From positions 1 to 64,000 of IMG/VR virus record IMGVR_UViG_3300027741_000002: DNA of 64,000 nucleotides; one strand, given 5' to 3'. Made by a program: the position numbers and the translations under genes. The stretch is from a virus. Every line of letters begins with the position of its first letter. Position 1 is the stretch's first letter. The notes beneath the pieces were generated by a model that was given only the letters and a program-made list of their open reading frames with translations, searched no databases and was not told the origin of the DNA. This document shows, in pieces, positions 15,413 through 23,724 of the stretch.

Positions 15413-16391
15413 GCACATAAACATAGACCCAAATGGATTATGCAACGCAAAATGTTGGTTTTGCCCAGTAGCATATTTGGGCAATCCAAAAGAAAATCGG
15501 GGAACTATGACCATAGAAACTATGGAAAGTATCCTTAAGCAAATTGATGAAGGTCGCGGAGATTTTGTTGCCGACAATATTGAAATATATAATAACCCAA
15601 TTCATTATAATGAAACTCTTTTATACCCTCATTTTGAAGAGATGCTTGCCCTTCATCGTAAATACAACATTAAAATGTATTTATTTTCAAACGGTGTTAA
15701 TTTGACGCCGAACAAATCAGATTTGATAAATGATTATCGAGATGTTGTAACAGATATTATTTTAAATGTTCCTTCTATAGAACGAGAACAGTGGTCAAGG
15801 TTTACGGGATTTAATCCAAAAATTTTTGATAAGTTAATTGCCAATTTGCAATACGCAAATGACACCTTGTATCAAACTTTTAGCGGAAAAAAATTAATGA
15901 TATTAGTTAATGGAATTAGTCCAGAAGCTAAGTTTGAAAATGGTGGATGGATGGAAGTTTTGGAAAATGCTCCATTTTATAGCGATGAAGAGCATAAAAA
16001 AATAGTGAATACAATGCAATCAATGTTTCCAAACATTATGGTTTTTTTAAGAAACAATTTATCTGATAGAACAAACATTCTCTCTAGCTTAAAAGTCATC
16101 TCAAACCAAGCAGCAATTAAAACCCAACAGCATGGAAAAGTTATTGGGTGTGGATTTAACTACACAGAAGAAGAATTATTTATTTCTGCTACAGGAAACG
16201 TTTATTTGTGTTGTGCAGATTTTAATTATGAAACAGTGTATGAAAACATAAATAATAGAACAATTAAAGATATTTGGAATAGTCAAGAAAGAAAAAATGC
16301 AATTCAAAAAGCATATGAGGGTGTATGCAAAGAGTGCTTTAGGGCTGTGTGGGATGAAGGCGTAACACCGCCATTAAGTTCAAGTATTTAA
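15405..16391 (+). CDS. Radical SAM protein with SPASM/twitch-like C-terminus
   Basis: CNAKCWFC (CX3CX2C); C-terminal C...GNVYLCC...IWNS...CKEC. Confidence 0.88.
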   Translation: MIRHINIDPNGLCNAKCWFCPVAYLGNPKENRGTMTIETMESILKQIDEGRGDFVADNIEIYNNPIHYNETLLYPHFEEMLALHRKYNIKMYLFSNGVNLTPNKSDLINDYRDVVTDIILNVPSIEREQWSRFTGFNPKIFDKLIANLQYANDTLYQTFSGKKLMILVNGISPEAKFENGGWMEVLENAPFYSDEEHKKIVNTMQSMFPNIMVFLRNNLSDRTNILSSLKVISNQAAIKTQQHGKVIGCGFNYTEEELFISATGNVYLCCADFNYETVYENINNRTIKDIWNSQERKNAIQKAYEGVCKECFRAVWDEGVTPPLSSSI

Positions 16392-16393
16392 AA

Positions 16394-17053
16394 ATGATAA
16401 ATAAAATAATTTGGCAAACATATGAGTCTGAATATGACGAGCTTCCAGATAAGGCTAAAGAGTGTGTTGAATCTTGGAAATCTTTAAATCCAGATTGGGA
16501 ATTTAAATATGTTTCTGGAAAAGAAAGAGCCATATTTGTAGAAGAGCATTTTGGTGAAGAGTGGAAAAATATATACACCTCCTATAAATTAGACGTATTA
16601 AGGTCAGATCTATGGAGGTATATGTGCCTTTATATAAATGGGGGTTTATATACTGATCTTGATATGATTTGTAAAAAACCAATAGAAAGTTGGTTAAAAA
16701 CAGATTCAAAATTTGTTGTTTCTAGCGAACCTAATATATGGGGATATACACAGTCTATTTTTGCATCAGAATCATCTAGTATTTTTTTAAAAGAGCTTTT
16801 AATTAGCATTAAAAACAAGTACTATGAAAATATAACGTATAAAAGCGTAGTTGATTACGAAATAAATGAGGTTGGGTACATAATTTTTACAAATTCAATA
16901 TTAAAAACGTTAGAAAAAACTAAAGAGGGCGTACAAGAGTTTTTAGGTGCGAACTCTTACATTATTCATAAAGAGTCCATACAACATTATCGTGCGGGAA
17001 ATGGAAGTATATTTGGACCGGCTTATAAAGCATGGAAAACAGAGTCATTTTAG
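16394..17053 (+). CDS. Glycosyltransferase family 32 (Och1/Sur1-like, DxD)
   Basis: KIIWQT, W..LNPDW, SDLWRY..LY..GGLYTDLD motifs. Confidence 0.9.
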   Translation: MINKIIWQTYESEYDELPDKAKECVESWKSLNPDWEFKYVSGKERAIFVEEHFGEEWKNIYTSYKLDVLRSDLWRYMCLYINGGLYTDLDMICKKPIESWLKTDSKFVVSSEPNIWGYTQSIFASESSSIFLKELLISIKNKYYENITYKSVVDYEINEVGYIIFTNSILKTLEKTKEGVQEFLGANSYIIHKESIQHYRAGNGSIFGPAYKAWKTESF

Positions 17054-17162
17054 GTTTTTAACGCAAAAAAAATGTGGTATATTTACACCTACAAAACCCC
17101 ATAACAATGAGAGAATGGTCTTATAAAAAGCGCAATAAAAACATAGTAAAGGACATAGATAG

Positions 17163-17456
17163 ATGACAAAGGCAAGAGCAACTGGAACCACTGGTGGAGA
17201 TAAAGGCGCCCTCGTTGTAAGAACAGGGTCTACTACTGCTGCTCCTCTTACAGTGGGCACTGATGGTCAAGTACTGACCGCATCATCTTTATCTACAACA
17301 GGTCTGGAATGGACTACAGTCTCTACTACACCAACTCTTAAACAAGTCTTTACTACATCAGGTAGCACATCCTTACCAGTTGGCTCAAGTTCAAGTCCAG
17401 CAAATGTGTCAGTTATTGTTGTTGGAGGAGGCGGTGGCGGGGGAAGCTGTTTCTAA
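17163..17456 (+). pseudogene. 5' fragment of a glycine-rich virion protein
   Basis: DKG.L.V...L.VGTDGQVLTA.S...GLEW then FTTSG...VIVVGGGGGG, ending abruptly where the glycine-rich domain should begin. Confidence 0.6.
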
Positions 17457-17640
17457 GCAAGCTCGACACGCGATGATCTCTATACCTATCGGTCATCATC
17501 CGCAAGGTGCGTGGGGCGGAAACCCTTACGAGATCCACCACGAGGAAGATTGGTCTACCGAGAGAGTTCTTCAGGCTTTCCCTGGAATCATTGAACATAA
17601 AGAGTTTGACATTACTGGCGTATTTATAGCAAAGTTTTAG
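17443..17640 (+). pseudogene. 3' fragment of an enzyme gene (probable class I methyltransferase C-terminus)
   Basis: EAVSKQARHAMISIPIGHHPQGAWGGNPYEIH.EEDW reads as a protein C-terminus with no start or RBS of its own; it is fused out of frame to the preceding fragment. Confidence 0.45.
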
Positions 17641-17671
17641 TAAGTAAAAGAACACTTTCTAAATATATTCT

Positions 17672-17689
17672 TGATAAGGTATCCACATG
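17672..17689 (+). promoter_or_regulatory. Extended -10 promoter giving a probable leaderless mRNA
   Basis: TG-A-TAAGGT, then 6 nt, then ATG (17687); no SD sequence. Confidence 0.55.
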
Positions 17690-18751
17690 AAAGTTGCCGC
17701 ATACGCCATCTCGTTGAATGAAGAAAAACACGCTGCCCGCTGGGCTGAAACTACAAAGGGTGCGGACTTCCGCCTTGTATGCGACACTGGATCCACAGAC
17801 CGCACCGTTGAGATCCTACGCGAGCACGGCGTGACTGTCTATGAGATTAGCGTCAAGCCTTGGCGCTTTGATGTCGCCCGTAACACCGCACAAAGTCTGC
17901 TGCCTAACGACATAGATGTCTGTTTGAGCTTAGACATGGACGAGCTCGTAGATGAGAACTTCTTTGAGGAAGTTAAGAAGCAGTGGGTAGACGGAGCTAC
18001 AAAAGGTTGGTGTGAGTTTGACACCGGACACGTTTGGTGGGGTTGCCGCCTTCACTCACGACACAAGATGTATTGGAAATATCCAATTCACGAGGTTTTT
18101 GTTCCTTCGCTTGATACGGAAGCTATCAGCTGCCAAATTCACGGAGTTAAGATGTATCACAAGCCTGACGATACAAAATCTCGCGGCCAATACTTGCCTA
18201 TGCTTGTCGCCGCGTCAAAAGAGTTTGGCGAGGATCACCGCATATGGGTTTACCTATGCCGTGAGTATTACTTCTATAGACAATGGGAACTTGTTATTAG
18301 CGCGGCTGAAAAGGTAACTGAGTTTAGTAAAGACTGGTATATCGAACGCGCGGCAGTCTGTCGTTGGGCGTCGGAGGCTTTGCGCAACATCGGCAAGAAG
18401 GAAGAAGCGCACGCCTGGGCAGACAAGGCAATTGAAATTGATCCTTGTGGAGAAAATTACTACGAAAAAGTTCGCTGCTACTACGACTCCGGCGACTGGG
18501 GCGGAGTCTGGGAAACATGTAAGCTTGTCGCCGCATGCGCTAAGACAGATCACTATCTTTCATCCGAGGCGCTATGGCGTTGGCAACTTGACGACATGCG
18601 CGGACTATCTGCACATTATTTAGGTGACAGAGATAAGGCTGTACAATATGGAGAGTTAGCGCTTGCCGGTAACCCTGACGACGAACGTTTAAAGACAAAC
18701 CTAAGATTTTATCGAGCAGGAATTGAGGCACAACTAAATGGAACAGCCTGA
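17687..18751 (+). CDS. Glycosyltransferase family 2 with TPR repeats
   Basis: YAISLNEE, DTGSTD.T, WRFDVARN, LDMDE (DxD) and IHE motifs; helical TPR-like C-terminal half. Confidence 0.88.
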   Translation: MKVAAYAISLNEEKHAARWAETTKGADFRLVCDTGSTDRTVEILREHGVTVYEISVKPWRFDVARNTAQSLLPNDIDVCLSLDMDELVDENFFEEVKKQWVDGATKGWCEFDTGHVWWGCRLHSRHKMYWKYPIHEVFVPSLDTEAISCQIHGVKMYHKPDDTKSRGQYLPMLVAASKEFGEDHRIWVYLCREYYFYRQWELVISAAEKVTEFSKDWYIERAAVCRWASEALRNIGKKEEAHAWADKAIEIDPCGENYYEKVRCYYDSGDWGGVWETCKLVAACAKTDHYLSSEALWRWQLDDMRGLSAHYLGDRDKAVQYGELALAGNPDDERLKTNLRFYRAGIEAQLNGTA

Positions 18752-19601
18752 TGTATTTGTTGCACTTCTTGTAAAGCAAAAGGAAGCGGTACTACCTCTA
18801 TTTCTTGAGTCGCTTGAGGCGTGGGATTACCCTAAGGAAAAATTATTTTTATATATCCGCACAAATAACAACACCGATAATACCCTTCAAATCTTAAATA
18901 ACTGGGTTGAAAAGAACGGGCATCTATATAAGGGTTACAAGTACGAGACTGAAAACGTCGAGCAGGCTGTCGAGCGCTTTAAGCAACACGAGTGGAATGG
19001 CGAACGTTTTAGGGTACTTGCAAAGATTCGCCAGCAAAGTTTTAACGAGTGTCTAGAAACCAACTGCGAATACTACTTTGTAGTTGACGTCGATAACTTT
19101 ATTTTCCCAGAGACGTTGAACGAGCTTATTAAACTTAACCTGCCAATCGTTGCTCCGTTTATTCGCTATGCTGTTGCGTTTGGTGATAACGTAGATGACG
19201 AGGAAACCGCCAAGGAGCGCGAAGGACACCTTGGACAGTATTACGCTAACTACCATCACATCGTAGATGACTACGGTTCAATCGTGGCAAACGATAGCTA
19301 CTACCACATACTGGATCAAAGAGTTAAAGGAATAGTCGAGTGCATGTGTGTTCACTGCACATACCTCATTAAGCGTGAGTATCTTTCAGAGCTTTCATAC
19401 CTAGAGGATTCTGACCGCTGGGAGTACATGGTCTTTTCTAACTCCGCGCGCGATAAGAAAATTACACAATACTTAGATAACAGAACTATCTATGGTATCC
19501 TGACGCTATCAGAAAATGCACGCGCATCGCGTTGGTGGTACGAGTATCTAAAGGATAAGGAAGATAGAGCTGCGGCGTATAAGGATCGCTGGCTACAGTA
19601 G
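18738..19601 (+). CDS. Glycosyltransferase resembling the N-terminal GT-A domain of procollagen galactosyltransferase (COLGALT/PLOD-like)
   Basis: LPLFL..LE.WDYPK.KL.L...TNNN.DNT..IL..W, W..ERF..L.K.RQ, YYF.VDVDNF, IVAP, Y.N and VH.TYLI. Motif order matches COLGALT as recalled. Confidence 0.7.
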   Translation: MEQPDVFVALLVKQKEAVLPLFLESLEAWDYPKEKLFLYIRTNNNTDNTLQILNNWVEKNGHLYKGYKYETENVEQAVERFKQHEWNGERFRVLAKIRQQSFNECLETNCEYYFVVDVDNFIFPETLNELIKLNLPIVAPFIRYAVAFGDNVDDEETAKEREGHLGQYYANYHHIVDDYGSIVANDSYYHILDQRVKGIVECMCVHCTYLIKREYLSELSYLEDSDRWEYMVFSNSARDKKITQYLDNRTIYGILTLSENARASRWWYEYLKDKEDRAAAYKDRWLQ

Positions 19602-20111
19602 AGGTTTTCCCTTCTTAGGCTTCTTTTTCTTTTCCTTGTCGCGCTCGCTCTTTGCTAATTTTTCCTCGCGTTGAACATGATATGCATCAACCGCATTTGC
19701 ACTTGTTCGTGAGCGCCAGGTAAAATCACAAGCCTCACATTGAACAAGACGCATTGTTGCCCAACGCCCTCCGCCTGGAACGTCTAAAACTAATGTCTTA
19801 AGTTTATTTGGTCGTGCATTACAAAATGGACACTGCGGAAAACGTTGACGTCGAGATTCCTGCCCGTTCCATGATACGGAAAGTGTGCGACGAATTTCTC
19901 CTTCGTCCTTTCCTCCCCAGATACCCCAGATCTGCTTATGCTCTAACGCCCACTTTAAGCATTCTTTTCTTACAGGACATGAGAAGCAAAGATTCTTTGC
20001 TTGATATTTTTCTGCAGGCTCAGATGAAAAGAAGAAGTCCTTAAACTCGTCGTTTACCTGTTGCCCACATGCAGAATCTTTTTGCCAGCCTAAGTCTAAC
20101 GATCCGCTCAT
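19593..20111 (-). CDS. whiB: WhiB family transcription factor with C-terminal Zn-ribbon extension
   Basis: W...AC...FF...AK.LC..CPVR.EC..WAL...WGIWGG; extra CPFC...CEAC and a Lys-rich tail. Confidence 0.9.
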   Translation of the reverse strand: MSGSLDLGWQKDSACGQQVNDEFKDFFFSSEPAEKYQAKNLCFSCPVRKECLKWALEHKQIWGIWGGKDEGEIRRTLSVSWNGQESRRQRFPQCPFCNARPNKLKTLVLDVPGGGRWATMRLVQCEACDFTWRSRTSANAVDAYHVQREEKLAKSERDKEKKKKPKKGKPLL

Positions 20112-20452
20112 TCTGCGACTACCTCAACCCATGTAACAGGAGTTAGGTTGTCTACACCGTCGCCTTCGCGTGTTTCGCCATCTTCATCACATGCTGTTAA
20201 CTCGTTGTCGCCATCTACTTCTCCCGCATAGCCATAGTTAATCAATGAAGAATCAAGATACTTAAATCCGTTGCCTAATGACACGGATACACCGTCACGC
20301 TGGAGGGCAGATGCCAATGCGCGACGAATAAGCTCGTTCTCTAGATCTACATGATCCTCTGTGAAGAAGGTAACCGAATAGTCGTGAAGAGGCTCGTAGC
20401 CTTCACCCGTCCATTCCTTCCACAAAAGCTCACCTATACGTGAGTCTTTCAC
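20108..20452 (-). CDS. Hypothetical acidic protein
   Basis: 114-aa ORF with GTG start and AAGGGG SD; overlaps whiB start (ATGA). Confidence 0.6.
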   Translation of the reverse strand: MKDSRIGELLWKEWTGEGYEPLHDYSVTFFTEDHVDLENELIRRALASALQRDGVSVSLGNGFKYLDSSLINYGYAGEVDGDNELTACDEDGETREGDGVDNLTPVTWVEVVAE

Positions 20453-20591
20453 AATTCCCCTTAGCGTGCTGTCGTTAAGGGAATATTACACTACAAGGTA
20501 GATGTTTGCGCGGATAAACGCAGATTATTTTTAAGTAATAAATTACCTCAGGATAGGTATGAAAGTGTCTCTAAGAGTCACTGAGCAATGC

Positions 20592-21119
20592 CTACATATT
20601 GTTGTAGGTGCCTAGTTGCAGGACACCGTTGACGTCAGGCCATAGATATTGATAATACTCAGGGCGATAACCTTTATCCTCTGGCCAGCCAAACTGTGAG
20701 TACCACTCGTAGTCCTTACGCAGTAGCGCAACCCTGTGGGTAGATGCGATTTGCTCGTATGTGTCTTTATCCTTAAACCAGTAAGGGAATGTTAGCTCGT
20801 CGCTGATGCGATCTAGCTCAAGCGCGCGAGTTAATGTTCCTTGAATCTTAGGAATCATCGTAGATTTGTAACCGCGCTTAAGCCACTCGTCACACATTGT
20901 AGTTGCGTATAAGGCTAGGGCTTTTTCGTGGCCTTCCCACATCTTCGCCGCAGGGTGATTGCGCCAGCCTTTAGGGTCACGGTGCTCGCCTTGTGGATTT
21001 AGCGAGGTAAGGACAAGCATAAGCTGCCATGCCTCAAGTACCTGTTTGTTAAGGCGCTTGTTATCTAGCTCCTGAGCAATACGCTCAAAGGAGTCAGTTT
21101 GTGGTACAAATGTTTGCAT
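20592..21119 (-). CDS. Pyrimidine-dimer DNA glycosylase / endonuclease V-like (MSMEG_6728 family)
   Basis: MQTF.P...LD.KRL.KQ..E..Q, GW.NHPA..MW.G.E, W..RGY and H...LLRKD...Y motifs. Confidence 0.8.
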   Translation of the reverse strand: MQTFVPQTDSFERIAQELDNKRLNKQVLEAWQLMLVLTSLNPQGEHRDPKGWRNHPAAKMWEGHEKALALYATTMCDEWLKRGYKSTMIPKIQGTLTRALELDRISDELTFPYWFKDKDTYEQIASTHRVALLRKDYEWYSQFGWPEDKGYRPEYYQYLWPDVNGVLQLGTYNNM

Positions 21120-21133
21120 GTATTCGTCCGTTC

Positions 21134-21154
21134 GTCATTGTGTAAATTATAACA
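21134..21154 (-). promoter_or_regulatory. Extended -10 promoter (TG-T-TATAAT-N6-AATGAC)
   Basis: Consensus extended -10 upstream of 21119; member of a repeated promoter family (see findings). Confidence 0.7.
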
Positions 21155-21158
21155 GGAA

Positions 21159-21458
21159 CTATAGCTCGTCGGGCTTAGGCTCCTCCTGTGCCGGTTCTTC
21201 CTCAAGTTCTTCCTCTAAGTCTAGCCCATCAAGTTCACTGGATGAGACATATATTCCAACAACGGTTAGACGGCCACATATGTAGCAATCGCCAACTGCA
21301 CCAGGGGATAGCTCGATGGGTATGGTGACGTTAATAAGACGGGTAATGATGTTGCCGTTGATATCAACGCTGTCAGCTTCCCACAAACTGTTTTCTTCAA
21401 TCCAACAGCGCTCGCAGACTGGCACGGGATCACTATCATACGTGCGCAGATTTCTCAT
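21159..21458 (-). CDS. Hypothetical Zn-finger-like protein (CxxC...CxxC, acidic tail)
   Basis: CERC and CYIC; coupled to the upstream gene (TAATG). Confidence 0.55.
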   Translation of the reverse strand: MRNLRTYDSDPVPVCERCWIEENSLWEADSVDINGNIITRLINVTIPIELSPGAVGDCYICGRLTVVGIYVSSSELDGLDLEEELEEEPAQEEPKPDEL

Positions 21459-22720
21459 TAACTAGCAGTCTCCATAGGGCTACTGTACCACTTTTTCTTA
21501 GCGTAGTGTCTAGAGAATCCCTTATCTGCGTCGATAAGATATTCACGATCTCCGATTAACTCTGCGTCTGGTCCTTGTGGATTCCCATCAAGTGAATCCT
21601 TAACAGCATTTCCAAGCCAGTTGGCAGCCTGCACTGGAACAGCCTTTCCCCATACAGCCGCAAGAAGTGAGTAGTCGCGTGCAGCTTCAATATTCCAATC
21701 ATCAGGAAGTCCCTGCATACGAGCAGATTCTCGATGTGTAATAAGTCGTGGCTGCGTCGGGTGAACAACGTGATCTAGCGCGGAGCCAGTCAATACGTTA
21801 CACCAGTGATCTTCTTTCCAACGATACGGCTGTGAAAACCCTAGCTTAAAGTTATTACGAATAACGCGAGGAGAAATGTCAATCCATTTTTGCGGAAACT
21901 TACCGTCGTTTAAGTCTACCGCTTTCTTTAGCGCTTGCCCAGTGTCGCCATTTCCTTCCCAGCCGTCATTTCCGATGATACTAAAGATCTCTTCAATGCG
22001 CTGCGCATGAATATTTGTTTTACCGATGTGACCGTCAACCATTCCGTCCTTTGTGCGTAGATGCTTAACCCACTTAGAAGGAGCAGGCGCGGTGTACTTT
22101 TGCTTGTTCCATGTCTGAGGCATCTCCGCAAGATCACCGATGATGTCCATAATGCGTGGAAGTTCTTTTGGCTCGGTAATCGGAGTTGAAAACTTAAGCC
22201 CTGATTCAACTGCTACCCAGAAGTAGCGAGGACGATACGAAAATCCACCAACCTGTAGGTTGTTTTCTTTAACGTGGTATAGGTCATACTTTTTACCTGA
22301 GATCTGTTCAACCATGTCGCGATACTTAACCATTACATCGCGTCCCTGTGTATACGCCTGTTGAACACACTCAAAAACAATAGCGCGTGGTTTCACTCGT
22401 CCTGCGTATTTCATAAAGGCTACGGTGTGCTCGTGCGCCTTAGAGTCAGGTCCACGATTTGCTGGGCCAGACCATACGGACCAACCAGAGCAGGGAGGAC
22501 AGCCCATAACTATGTCTGCTTTTTGCACGCGCCATTCGTTAGGATCATCTGAAAATTCTGCTGTCCAGTCATCTCCAAGAAGATGACGGTTGTTATCTGC
22601 GACAGCATTTCCAAAGTTTAATGTTCCAGTGCGTTGAATCATCTTCATGTCATTTTGCACAAAGCCGAGACTCATGAACGCGGCAAGGCCGTTGCAGTCA
22701 ATAAAGGTATGTTGTGACAA
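21458..22720 (-). CDS. C5-cytosine DNA methyltransferase-like protein with atypical cofactor-binding motifs
   Basis: Motif IV GCPPCSGWS, VI FECV, VIII SYRPRYF and IX R.ITHRE.AR.QG.PD are present. Motif I reads DCNGLAAF and motif X reads GKAVP. Confidence 0.82.
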   Translation of the reverse strand: MSQHTFIDCNGLAAFMSLGFVQNDMKMIQRTGTLNFGNAVADNNRHLLGDDWTAEFSDDPNEWRVQKADIVMGCPPCSGWSVWSGPANRGPDSKAHEHTVAFMKYAGRVKPRAIVFECVQQAYTQGRDVMVKYRDMVEQISGKKYDLYHVKENNLQVGGFSYRPRYFWVAVESGLKFSTPITEPKELPRIMDIIGDLAEMPQTWNKQKYTAPAPSKWVKHLRTKDGMVDGHIGKTNIHAQRIEEIFSIIGNDGWEGNGDTGQALKKAVDLNDGKFPQKWIDISPRVIRNNFKLGFSQPYRWKEDHWCNVLTGSALDHVVHPTQPRLITHRESARMQGLPDDWNIEAARDYSLLAAVWGKAVPVQAANWLGNAVKDSLDGNPQGPDAELIGDREYLIDADKGFSRHYAKKKWYSSPMETAS

Positions 22721-22784
22721 GGCTTAGCCCTTCGTAGTTCCTAGGGTAGGACCTTATACCGACATCTTACTTACCGCGCGTTAT

Positions 22785-23105
22785 TTACGCAGAAAGATTA
22801 GCGTTCTTTTCTAGCTCCAACATACCTACCTCATACCCGCAACCCGCGTATCCCGCGATGTCAATCCAAGTGTCTCCCTGGAACCCAGACTTGTTTGCGT
22901 AGCGTGCAACCTTTAACCCGACCATCATCATTGCAACGTCTTCGGTAGATATATCGACTCCAAGAATCATTGACCATACCTTCGATATACGTGCAAAGTT
23001 TTCCTCAGGTCTTCCGTATTGCGCGTCCCTATCACCTGCAATTATTTTTGCGGCCTCGCGTAAAGCCTCAACGCGATACTGAACTACTGCATCATTTTCT
23101 GTCAT
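22785..23105 (-). CDS. DUF6378-like phage protein (nucleotide-metabolism associated)
   Basis: L.EA..II.GDR..QYG.P..NF.RI...W...DVA.MM..LK.AR...D.W.DIAGY pattern. Confidence 0.75.
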   Translation of the reverse strand: MTENDAVVQYRVEALREAAKIIAGDRDAQYGRPEENFARISKVWSMILGVDISTEDVAMMMVGLKVARYANKSGFQGDTWIDIAGYAGCGYEVGMLELEKNANLSA

Positions 23106-23305
23106 TTGTCTTCTACCTTCGTGCGAATAGTGATGATCCCTGTAAGTATGTTGCCGTCATCAAGTTTATCCTTGATCTGCAACTCTGAGTCCGTAGGCAA
23201 GGTTGCGCTTTCGTCACCGCAAAAATCTTGCCAACGCTTCTTAGCACCTTCCATAATCTCAGTTAAGGTAGATCCTGTAATGTAGAACTCAACTGTAGAT
23301 CTCAT
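23102..23305 (-). CDS. Hypothetical protein
   Basis: 67-aa ORF translationally coupled on both sides. Confidence 0.55.
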   Translation of the reverse strand: MRSTVEFYITGSTLTEIMEGAKKRWQDFCGDESATLPTDSELQIKDKLDDGNILTGIITIRTKVEDK

Positions 23306-23724
23306 TATTGAACTTTCTTCTGAAGTTGATAAGGCGCGTAGTGTGAGCCATCAAGTACAGGCTGCTTGTCGTCATTAGACTTAAAGATAATATCGCCATA
23401 GCGAATTCCAACAACCTTACCTCTGCGTCCGTTATGCATCGCACCAGTAGATCCTTGATATGCGTCAAGTTTTACGCGTACCTGATCTCCAACAGTAATC
23501 GCTCCTGGTTGTGCGTCAACCCATATCTCATTAGCAACCTCTGGTGTTATAGCGTAGCCAAGTGCAAGTTGGTTAAATAGCGCTAATACCTCTTTTTGCT
23601 GAGGATTAGATAACTTCAAAGGTTCCCACGCGGAAAGAAGTTTTAGTAGTGCATTTCCAACTCCTACCTTAACCTTTGCCTCCTGCATTTGTTCTTTAAT
23701 CCACTCTTTGTTAATCTCAGGCAC
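23305..23724 (-). CDS. Hypothetical protein with SH3/KOW-like C-terminus
   Basis: VGDQVRVK...HNGRRGKVVGIRYGD; coupled to neighbours. Confidence 0.55.
   Translation of the reverse strand: MPEINKEWIKEQMQEAKVKVGVGNALLKLLSAWEPLKLSNPQQKEVLALFNQLALGYAITPEVANEIWVDAQPGAITVGDQVRVKLDAYQGSTGAMHNGRRGKVVGIRYGDIIFKSNDDKQPVLDGSHYAPYQLQKKVQ

Noticed and set aside
19593-19601. Convergent 9-bp overlap of the two transcription arms without an obvious terminator
   Set aside because: Short 3' overlaps are common in compact phage genomes; nothing further supports a function.
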